Positions 1-6,897 of a stretch of DNA of 13,106 bases are shown in pieces; position 1 is the first letter of the stretch; each line of letters starts with the position of its first letter. Source of the stretch: a candidate division WOR-3 bacterium (GTDB taxonomy: Bacteria > Hydrothermota > Tepidihabitantia > Tepidihabitantales > Tepidihabitantaceae); NCBI GenBank assembly GCA_965648935.1, contig CBFGIY010000067.1, positions 1 through 13,106 of the forward strand, written 5' to 3'. Under the pieces are notes generated by a model. That model was not told the DNA's origin and ran no database searches. It saw nothing but the letters and a program-made list of their open reading frames with translations. The translations under genes were made by a program, and so were the position numbers.

Positions 1-2
1 GC

Positions 3-419
3 GAAATCCGCCGGCGAGCCATCGCCGTATCGGTCGGCGCGGCCAACCACCGCGCCGTGGACCGGCTCAATATCCGCGAGGCGACTTTTCTGGCGATGCG
101 CCGGGCCGTGGCCGGACTGGGCCTGAACCCGGACAAGGTGATCGCTGACGGCTGGCCTGTTCCCGGCCTCGACCAGCCCTGCATCGGCGTGGTTGGCGGC
201 GACGGGCTCAGCCTGACCATCGCCTGCGCTTCAATAATCGCCAAAGTGTGGCGCGACGAACTCATGGGCCGGCTCGACCGGGTGTTCCCCGGGTACGGCT
301 TTGCCCGCAACAAGGGCTACGGCACGGCCGAGCATCTCGACGCGCTCGCGCGGCTCGGCCCCTCGCCGATTCACCGGCTGACCTTCCGCCCGGCCTCACC
401 GGAGTCGACGGCCGCGTGA
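3..419 (+). CDS. rnhB: Ribonuclease HII, C-terminal part (5'-truncated by window edge)
   Basis: Frame is open from base 3 (EIRRRAIAVSVGAANHRAVDRLNIREATFLAMRRA). It has RNase HII motifs DRLNIxxAT, ADG, GDGLSLTIACASIIAKVWRD, YGFARNKGYGTAEH and GPSPIHRLTF. Confidence 0.95.
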   Translation, partial: EIRRRAIAVSVGAANHRAVDRLNIREATFLAMRRAVAGLGLNPDKVIADGWPVPGLDQPCIGVVGGDGLSLTIACASIIAKVWRDELMGRLDRVFPGYGFARNKGYGTAEHLDALARLGPSPIHRLTFRPASPESTAA

Positions 420-763
420 ATCGGCAGCAAGTCGGAGCGCGCGGCGAAGCCCTTGCCCGCCGTTACATCCGGCAACGCGGCCTCAAAGTAATCGAGCGCA
501 ACTGGCGTACACGGTCGGGTGAAATCGACCTCGTCTGCCGCGACCGCGACACGCTGGTTTTCGTCGAGGTCAAATCGCGCACCGGCGAAACGTTCGGCCA
601 GCCGTACGAGGCGGTCGGCCCGGCCAAGCGGCAGCGTCTGCGCCGGCTCGCCGAGGAGTACATCGCCTCGCGCGGTCTCGCCGAGTGCCCGGTGCGCTTC
701 GACGTGCTCAGCGTCCGGCTCGACCGGGAACCACGGGTCGAGCACATAGAAGGCGCATTCTAG
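416..763 (+). CDS. yraN: YraN family (UPF0102) PD-(D/E)xK-type nuclease
   Basis: GTG at 416 overlaps the rnhB stop (GTGA), with GGAG at 401-404. Motifs GxxGEALA, IERNWRTRSGEIDLV, LVFVEVKSR, PYEAV, VRFDV and C-terminal HIEGAF. About 115 aa. Confidence 0.93.
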   Translation: MNRQQVGARGEALARRYIRQRGLKVIERNWRTRSGEIDLVCRDRDTLVFVEVKSRTGETFGQPYEAVGPAKRQRLRRLAEEYIASRGLAECPVRFDVLSVRLDREPRVEHIEGAF

Positions 764-2304
764 TGCTCTCGCGCATCCTTTCGACCGCGGTTGTCGGAGT
801 GGACGCGCTCATCGTCTCGGTCGAGACCGACATAGCGCTCGGCCTTCCCGCATTCACGATCGTCGGCCTGCCCGATGTCGCGGTGAAGGAGTCGCAGCAC
901 CGGGTTCAGGCCGCGGTCCGCAACTCCGGCATCCACTTCCCCAGCCGCCGCATCACCGTCAACCTTGCCCCGGCCGACGTGAAGAAGGAAGGCGCCGCCT
1001 TCGACCTGCCGGTCGCTGCAGGAATCGTTGCCGCGGCCGGCGGGCTGCCGTCCGAATCACTGAACGGCTGGGCGCTGCTCGGTGAGCTGTCGCTGGACGG
1101 CGCGCTGCGCCCGGTGCGCGGCGCGGTGGCAAGCGCCCTGGCCTGCCGGCAAGCCGGACTGCGCGGAGTGATCCTGCCGCGCGCCAACGCGGCCGAGGCG
1201 GCAATGGTATCGGGTCTGCAGATCATAGGTACCGGCAGCCTGGCTGAGACGCTCGCCTTTCTGAACGGCTCGGTTGCGATCGAGCCGACCGTGGTCGACG
1301 CCGCGGCCCTGTTTCGCCAGGCCGCGCGGCACGAGGTGGACTTCGCCGAGGTCCACGGCCACGAGCACGCCAAGCGCGCGCTGGAAATCGCCGCGGCCGG
1401 CGGTCACAACCTGCTGATGATCGGCCCGCCCGGCTCGGGCAAGACCATGCTTGCCCGCCGCCTGCCGACGATCCTGCCCTCGATATCGCTCGATGAAGCG
1501 CTCGAGGCGACGCGCATCCACTCGGTCTCCGGACTGCTCGCGCCCGAGCGCCCGATAGTCGCAACCCGGCCGTTCCGCGCGCCGCACCACAGCATCTCTG
1601 ACGCCGGAATGATCGGCGGCGGCGCGGTGCCGCGCCCGGGCGAGGTATCGCTCGCGCACAACGGAGTGCTCTTTCTGGACGAGTTGCCCGAATTCCGCCG
1701 CGACGTGCTTGAAGCCCTGCGCCAGCCGCTCGAGGACAGCGAAGTGACCATCGGCCGGGCGCGCAGCACCTTCACCTTCCCGGCCCGGTTCATGCTCATC
1801 TGCGCGATGAACCCCTGCCCGTGCGGTTTCAACGGCGACCCGCGCCACGCCTGCACCTGCAGCTACAACAAGATTCGCCGCTACCGCAGCCGCATCTCGG
1901 GCCCGTTGCTCGACCGCATCGACATCCACGTCGAGATACCGGCGCTCAAGTACGACGACATCGCCCGGCGCGCCGATGGCGAGAGCTCGGCCGCCATCGC
2001 CGCACGCGTCGACCGAGCGCGCTCAGTCCAGCTCGAACGACTGCGCGGCACGGGCGGCCGGCGCCCGGCGTACTGCAACGCCCAGCTTTCGCCCGCGCTC
2101 ATCCGCAGGCACTGCGCGGTTGACGAGCGCAGTCACGAGCTGCTCAAGACCGCCATCGACCGGCTCGGCCTGTCGGCGCGGGCGTACCACCGCGTGCTCA
2201 AGGTCGCCCGCACCATCGCCGACCTGGCCGGCAGCGAGCGCATCGCGCCCGGCCACATCACCGAGGCGGTCCAGTACCGCAGCCTCGACCGCACAACCTG
2301 GTAG
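763..2304 (+). CDS. comM: ComM/YifB family Mg-chelatase-like AAA+ ATPase (DNA helicase)
   Basis: GTG at 763 overlaps the yraN TAG. N-terminal GLPAFTIVGLPD and ITVNLAPADVKKEGAAFDLP, Walker A GPPGSGKT, RPFRAPHH, Walker B LFLDELPEF, MNPCPCG, RISGPLLDRID, LSARAYHRVLKVARTIADL. Confidence 0.95.
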   Translation: MLSRILSTAVVGVDALIVSVETDIALGLPAFTIVGLPDVAVKESQHRVQAAVRNSGIHFPSRRITVNLAPADVKKEGAAFDLPVAAGIVAAAGGLPSESLNGWALLGELSLDGALRPVRGAVASALACRQAGLRGVILPRANAAEAAMVSGLQIIGTGSLAETLAFLNGSVAIEPTVVDAAALFRQAARHEVDFAEVHGHEHAKRALEIAAAGGHNLLMIGPPGSGKTMLARRLPTILPSISLDEALEATRIHSVSGLLAPERPIVATRPFRAPHHSISDAGMIGGGAVPRPGEVSLAHNGVLFLDELPEFRRDVLEALRQPLEDSEVTIGRARSTFTFPARFMLICAMNPCPCGFNGDPRHACTCSYNKIRRYRSRISGPLLDRIDIHVEIPALKYDDIARRADGESSAAIAARVDRARSVQLERLRGTGGRRPAYCNAQLSPALIRRHCAVDERSHELLKTAIDRLGLSARAYHRVLKVARTIADLAGSERIAPGHITEAVQYRSLDRTTW

Positions 2305-2309
2305 TCCAG

Positions 2310-2329
2310 CTTGAAAGCACTTGAAAACA
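2310..2329. repeat. 10-bp tandem direct repeat CTTGAAA(G/A)CA x2
   Basis: cttgaaagca (2310-2319) and cttgaaaaca (2320-2329) are 9/10 identical, directly before the AGGAG RBS at 2331-2335. Confidence 0.6.
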
Positions 2330-2340
2330 CAGGAGCAGAG

Positions 2341-3651
2341 ATGACACTTGAACAGAAAATCGCCAATCGCAGCGCCCGCGTCGCGGTCATCGGCATCGGC
2401 TACGTCGGTCTGCCGCTGGCCGTGGAGATGGCCCGCGCCGGCTACAAGGTAATCGGCATCGACGTCGACGAGGAGAAGGTCAAAGCGGTGCGTGAGTGCC
2501 GCAGCTTCATCGGCGACGTGCCGTCCGAGGACATCGCCGAGGTCGTCGGCACCGGCCGCTTCGAGGCCACGACCGACTATCGCGCCTGCGCCCGCTGCGA
2601 CATCATCAACATCTGCGTTCCCACCCCGTTCACGGCGTCCAAGGACCCGGACACCAGCTACATCGTCGACTCGGGCCGCCTCGTCGCGAAGCACCTCAAG
2701 CGCGGCCAGCTCGTCATCCTGCGCTCAACCACGTACCCGGAGACGACCGAGAAAGTGCTCCAGCCCATACTCGACGCGACCGGCCTCAAGGTCGGCCGCG
2801 ACTACTATCTCAGCTTCGCGCCCGAGCGCATCGACCCGGGCAACACGAAGTTCACCACCACCACGACCCCGGTCGTCGTCGGCGGCGTTACCGCCCGTTG
2901 CACGCGGCTCACCGCCCTGTTCTATGAGCAGTTCGTCGAGAAGGTTGTAACAGTCTCCTCGCCGCGCGCCGCCGAGATGTCCAAGCTGCTCGAAAACATC
3001 TTCCGCAGCGTCAACATCGCGCTGGTCAACGAACTCGCCCTGATGTGTGAGCGGATGGGCGGCATCGACATATGGGAGGTGATCGAGGCGGCTTCGTCCA
3101 AGCCCTTCGGCTACATGCCGTTCTTCCCCGGCCCGGGCATCGGCGGCCACTGCATCCTCATCGACCCGTACTATCTCGCGTGGAAGGCGCGCGAGTACGA
3201 CTTCCACTCCAACTTCATCGAGCTCGCGGCCCAGACCAACGAGAACATGCCCTTCTACGTCGCCGGCCGCACGCTCGAAGTGCTCGGAGTCAACGGCATC
3301 GCGGCCGCGAAGGCGCGCCTGCTCGTGCTCGGCGCCGCGTTCAAGAAGAACGTCGAGGACACGCGCCACTCGCCCGCCATCAAGGTCACCGAGCTGCTCC
3401 AGCACAAGGTCGGCCGCATCGAGTACCACGACCCCTACGTGCCCCACATCCAGGTCAACGGCCGCACGCTGCGATCCGTGCCGCTGAACCGCTCAACGCT
3501 GCGCCGCGCCGACATTGTGCTCATCCTGACCGACCACGCGAAGTTCGACTACGAAATGGTCTACCGGGAGAGCCGGCTGATCCTGGACACGCGCAACGCG
3601 ATCAAGCGCCGCGGGCGCAAGCTCTACACTCTGGGCAACAGGGTCAGGTAG
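2341..3651 (+). CDS. Nucleotide-sugar dehydrogenase, UDP-N-acetyl-D-glucosamine/mannosamine 6-dehydrogenase family (WbpA/WecC-like)
   Basis: AGGAG RBS then ATG 2341. Rossmann VAVIGIGYVG, ICVPTP, STTYPETT, PERIDPGN, KLLENIFRSVNIALVNE, catalytic GPGIGGHC, C-terminal TDH and DTRN motifs. Confidence 0.92.
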   Translation: MTLEQKIANRSARVAVIGIGYVGLPLAVEMARAGYKVIGIDVDEEKVKAVRECRSFIGDVPSEDIAEVVGTGRFEATTDYRACARCDIINICVPTPFTASKDPDTSYIVDSGRLVAKHLKRGQLVILRSTTYPETTEKVLQPILDATGLKVGRDYYLSFAPERIDPGNTKFTTTTTPVVVGGVTARCTRLTALFYEQFVEKVVTVSSPRAAEMSKLLENIFRSVNIALVNELALMCERMGGIDIWEVIEAASSKPFGYMPFFPGPGIGGHCILIDPYYLAWKAREYDFHSNFIELAAQTNENMPFYVAGRTLEVLGVNGIAAAKARLLVLGAAFKKNVEDTRHSPAIKVTELLQHKVGRIEYHDPYVPHIQVNGRTLRSVPLNRSTLRRADIVLILTDHAKFDYEMVYRESRLILDTRNAIKRRGRKLYTLGNRVR

Positions 3652-4096
3652 CCGGTCCGGCGACCCAGGCGCGCACCGCGGCCAGCACCGCGGGCAGGGC
3701 GCGCTCGACCGGCCCGGAAAGCGGCGCGCCGAACTCCAGCGACTCGGGCTGAATCCCCAGCAGGCTCACCCGCGCTCCCTCGGCCGCGAAGAGCTGCGCG
3801 GTCATGGTCAGGGGCAGTGTGTGGGTCGAGACCAGCCCGGCGGCCAGCCGTTCGATCTCGGGCATCTCGAAGATGCGAAACTCGCCCGGCGCGGCCCGGA
3901 AGTCGCAGGCGTCAACGAACAGAATGCGCTCGGGCCTGAGTGCGCCGACCGGACCGAGGTAGTTTTCCGGCGCCGGCCCGGCATCAAAAAGCCGCGCGCC
4001 GGCCAGCTTGCCCAGTCGCTCGATGACCGCCGGCCCGACCGCATCATCCCCGCGCAGCGGATTGCCCACGCCGACGACAGCCGCCGGCCGCGTCAC
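3644..4096 (-). CDS. hycI: [NiFe]-hydrogenase maturation protease, HycI-like
   Basis: GTG at 4096 overlaps the upstream stop (GTGA). Motifs VGVGNPLRGDDAVG, DAGPAPEN, ILFVDACD, PG, STHTLPL and LLGIQP. The PEN and STHxLPL motifs fit the HycI subgroup. 150 aa. Confidence 0.88.
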   Translation of the reverse strand: MTRPAAVVGVGNPLRGDDAVGPAVIERLGKLAGARLFDAGPAPENYLGPVGALRPERILFVDACDFRAAPGEFRIFEMPEIERLAAGLVSTHTLPLTMTAQLFAAEGARVSLLGIQPESLEFGAPLSGPVERALPAVLAAVRAWVAGPAT

Positions 4097-5106
4097 TGCA
4101 CCCTCTTCAGGAGTCCCCGCGCCTCGGCCACATAGTTGGCCAGCCACGGCACCTCGTCCTTCTGATGCTCGTGACTGAGTATGCGGCGGAAGTCGGCCGC
4201 GGCCGCAGATTTCTGGCCCAGCGCCAGCCGCGCCTTGCCGCACTTCAGCCAGTTCTCGGTCAGTCCGTAGAGGTTGTGCGGATACGATGCCCTGATCGAA
4301 CGCTCGACCTCGGCCCCGACTTCGAGCGTGCGCCGGTAGTCGCCCGCGTCGTACAGCGCGTCGCGCATCAGTCGCAGCGCGGCGCGATTGCCCGGGAACT
4401 TCACCAGCAGCACCTCGCAGCGCCTGACCGCCTCGGCCGGACGGCCGTCCTGCTTGGCCATGAACGCAAGCGCGAACCAGGCGGCATTCGCCAGCGCGCC
4501 GCCGCCGGTTGCCGCGCTTGTCACCAGCTCGGTCGCGGCGCGCGTCGAGCCGAACAGCGGCAGGCCGAGCGTGTAGCGCCGGGACTGCGCCTTGAAATAC
4601 TCGACCACACCCAGGCCCAGGCGGCAGTCGACCAGGCTCGGGTCAGCGGCCAGAGCCGCCTTGAGTAGCGGCGGCGCGGCCGTGGTCTTGAGCAGCGCGG
4701 CGACGTATTGCTGCTGCCAGCCCAGCATCTCGGCCTGATTCAGCAGCGAAGTGCCCAGGCAGAACCGGGTCCAGGCGTCGCCCGGGTGCGCGGCGAGCCT
4801 CTCGCGGCACGAAACCTCGAGCCGGCCGCAGAGCCGGTAGAACGAATCGGAGAGCGCCGGGTCGCCCGAGTCGTAAATGAGCATCCGGGTGGCGTTCGCC
4901 AGTATCAACAGCCCGGTCGGGTCATCCGGGTCGCGCTCAAGCCGCACCGCGGCGATGCTCTCGGCCTCTGCGTAATCCTGCCGGTACAGCCGGTCTCCGG
5001 CCGCGCGCAGCGCGTCAAGCGCCGAGCCGGCGACCGTCCCGGCGAGAAGCACGAGCAACGGCAGAAAGTGACTAGGCTTCAGCCACGACCTCGATTTCGA
5101 CCGCAA
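4093..5106 (-). CDS. Exported all-helical TPR-like protein of unknown function (true start probably CTG at 5082)
   Basis: The ORF fills the gap between ridA and hycI. It has an N-terminal hydrophobic signal-like stretch (KPSHFLPLLVLLAGTVAGSA) and TPR-like turns (RLERDPDD, LAAHPGDAWTRFCLG, ALAADPSLVDCRLGLG, LLVKFPGN, ALGQKSAAAADFRRIL). Confidence 0.75.
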   Translation of the reverse strand: MRSKSRSWLKPSHFLPLLVLLAGTVAGSALDALRAAGDRLYRQDYAEAESIAAVRLERDPDDPTGLLILANATRMLIYDSGDPALSDSFYRLCGRLEVSCRERLAAHPGDAWTRFCLGTSLLNQAEMLGWQQQYVAALLKTTAAPPLLKAALAADPSLVDCRLGLGVVEYFKAQSRRYTLGLPLFGSTRAATELVTSAATGGGALANAAWFALAFMAKQDGRPAEAVRRCEVLLVKFPGNRAALRLMRDALYDAGDYRRTLEVGAEVERSIRASYPHNLYGLTENWLKCGKARLALGQKSAAAADFRRILSHEHQKDEVPWLANYVAEARGLLKRVQ

Positions 5107-5449
5107 CGCCCTTGGGCAGAGCGACGACCTGCACGGTCGAGCGGGCCGGGAAAGGCGGCTGGAAGAACCGGGCGTACACCTCGTTGACCTTGCCGAACTG
5201 GCCCATATCGGTCAGGTAAATGGTCGTCTTGACCGCGTTCTGCAGGCTCGTGCCCGCCGCCCGGAGCACCGCGTCGAGGTTCTGCATCACCCTTTCGGTC
5301 GCGGCCTCGATGCCGCCGTCGACCAGGCTGTCGGTGGCCGGGTCGAGCGGTATCTGGCCCGAGGTGAAGACGAGGTTGCCCACGCGCACGGCCTGGCTGT
5401 ACGGCCCGACCGGCCTGGGCGCGCTGATTGTGTCAATCGGGTGTTTCAT
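5072..5449 (-). CDS. ridA: RidA/YjgF/UK114 family reactive enamine/imine deaminase
   Basis: APRPVGPYSQAV, FTSGQIPLDP, VKTTIYL, VNEVY, FPARSTV (catalytic Arg) and LPKGVAVEIE. The ATG overlaps the ptb stop (ATGA). Confidence 0.95.
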   Translation of the reverse strand: MKHPIDTISAPRPVGPYSQAVRVGNLVFTSGQIPLDPATDSLVDGGIEAATERVMQNLDAVLRAAGTSLQNAVKTTIYLTDMGQFGKVNEVYARFFQPPFPARSTVQVVALPKGVAVEIEVVAEA

Positions 5450-6360
5450 GTTGCTGCTAGGTTCCCCAGTGCTATTGAGTAGAGCTTGGTTTCGGAATCA
5501 TCGGCGCGCGACAGCATCACTATCGGCCGGCGCGCCCCGACCACGATGCCGCAGGCCTTGGCCCCGCCGAGGTACTGCAGGCCCTTGGCGAGGATGTTGC
5601 CCGTGGCCATGCTTGGCACGACAAGAATGTCGACGTCGCCCGCGACATTCGACACGACCTTCTTGATCTGCGCCGCCTCCCGCGACAGCGCGACGTCCAC
5701 CGCGACCGGGCCTTCGACCGTGGCCGCGCCGAACTCACCCTGTTCTGCCATCCGCGTGATGATCGCCCAATCGAGCGTTTCCGCCATGTTCAGCTTGATC
5801 CGCTCGACCGCGGACAGCAGCGCGACGTTCGGCTTCGGGTTGCCGAGGAAGTGCGAGAGCTCGACCGCGTTGCGCACGATGTCGATCTTGCGCTTGAGGT
5901 CCAGCTCGGCGTTGATGCCGCCGTCGGTGATCGCCAGCGTCTTGTGATAGGCGGGCAGTTCGAGGTATGCGACGTGCGACAGCGTGCGGTCGGCCCGCAT
6001 CCCGTTGGCCTCGTCCAGCACGCCGCGCAGGAACGTCGCGGTCTCGACCTGGCCCTTCATCAGGAAATCGCCGTTGCGGGCCGCGTCGCGCACGGCCGCG
6101 GCGACGGCCGCCTCCTGTCCCTCGCAGTGGTGCACCTCGAACGGCGCGCACTCGACCTTGAGGCTGGCGCAGATGGTCGCGATGCGGTCCTTGTCGCCGT
6201 AGAGCACCCCGCGGGCGATGCCCTCGCGCCCGGCCGCGGCCAGCGCCTCGACCGTGGCGCAGTCCTCGGCGCACGCGACCACGCAACGCCGGGCACCGCG
6301 CGCGCGGGCTGACTCCAGCATCTGTGCGAACGTGCCCTCCGGGCCGAGGCTCACGCCCAC
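5446..6360 (-). CDS. ptb: Phosphate butyryltransferase / phosphate acyltransferase (PTA_PTB family)
   Basis: LMKGQVET, LSHV, ITDGGIN, IVRNAV, LLSAVE, EGPVAVD, VAGDVDILVVP, GNILAK, VGARRPIVMLSRAD. GAGGTG lies 7 nt before GTG 6360; an alternative GTG is at 6354. Confidence 0.88.
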   Translation of the reverse strand: MGVSLGPEGTFAQMLESARARGARRCVVACAEDCATVEALAAAGREGIARGVLYGDKDRIATICASLKVECAPFEVHHCEGQEAAVAAAVRDAARNGDFLMKGQVETATFLRGVLDEANGMRADRTLSHVAYLELPAYHKTLAITDGGINAELDLKRKIDIVRNAVELSHFLGNPKPNVALLSAVERIKLNMAETLDWAIITRMAEQGEFGAATVEGPVAVDVALSREAAQIKKVVSNVAGDVDILVVPSMATGNILAKGLQYLGGAKACGIVVGARRPIVMLSRADDSETKLYSIALGNLAAT

Positions 6361-6401
6361 GGCCTGGCACCTCGCGCTTCGGCAATCGTGCTGCTGCTCA
6401 T
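6351..6401 (-). CDS. Putative 16-aa leader peptide MSSSTIAEARGARPWA
   Basis: ATG at 6401 is 10 nt after the predicted -10 box. The TGA (6353-6351) overlaps GTG 6354, which is in the ptb frame. No direct evidence of translation. Confidence 0.3.
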   Translation of the reverse strand: MSSSTIAEARGARPWA

Positions 6402-6411
6402 CGTGACCCTA

Positions 6412-6440
6412 AGCTTGCCCGACAGCAGGCGCTAAGTCAA
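6412..6440 (-). promoter_or_regulatory. Putative sigma70-type promoter of the ptb-ridA-TPR-hycI operon
   Basis: TTGACT (6440-6435), 17-nt spacer, CAAGCT (6417-6412). The -10 match is weak. Confidence 0.5.
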
Positions 6441-6856
6441 CAACTCGACCCCGGCATGCGCGGCCCTCTCCGCGCCGGCACGTGCCGACGGTCCTGCGAC
6501 AGCAACAGCCCCGGCCCGGACTCCGGGCTGACCGCCGCTGCCGTCCGGCTGTCCCAGACCCGATTTTGGCCTGCGTCTTCCCCATCAGGCGCGCCACTGC
6601 GGTCCGCTATTCCCGGCTCGCCGCATCGGGCATCCCAGGGCCGCCCGGGGGACGGTCCCCTGGGCTGCCAGATGACTGCCCGTTTTCTCAATCTCATCTT
6701 CTCCCCCGCCCGCAAGTATCCGACAACCCGGGGCCTGGCGACCCGCGTGTGCGCGACCGGCAGTCACAGTCGCACAAATCCTGTCCGAACTGCGGCATCA
6801 GGCCGGCGCGAGCCTCCACCGCCCCGGCCAATCACCGTTGCTCCTGCCCAATCCGC

Positions 6857-6884
6857 TTGACCCCAAGTCGGCCGGGCATATAAT
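6857..6884 (+). promoter_or_regulatory. Sigma70-type promoter of korDABC
   Basis: TTGACC (6857-6862), 16-nt spacer, perfect TATAAT (6879-6884), 13 nt before ATG 6898. Confidence 0.8.
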
Positions 6885-6897
6885 CGCTGTCCAACCA

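Noticed and set aside
248..762. Longer N-termini given by the track for yraN (248) and comM (685); likewise korD (6838), korA (7104), korB (7928), hycI (4243) and the dehydrogenase (2311)
   Set aside because: The extensions overlap upstream genes or promoters, or run past the RBS; family homology, RBS position and stop/start overlaps point to the later starts.
2321..2348. TTGAAA-N16-GACACT as an internal promoter
   Set aside because: The -10 candidate lacks the first T and lies inside the dehydrogenase coding start, so it could not transcribe the intact gene.
2854..2880. ACC and GTC trinucleotide runs (TTTTT, VVV) in the dehydrogenase
   Set aside because: Short in-frame codon repeats explained by protein sequence and codon bias; not a phase-variation tract.
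6324..6883. ORFs in the spacer (6324-6860 +, 6482-6883 +, 6437-6715 -, 6409-6597 -, 6585-6767 -)
   Set aside because: Pro/Arg-rich, atypical codon usage, no motifs, and several cross the predicted promoters.
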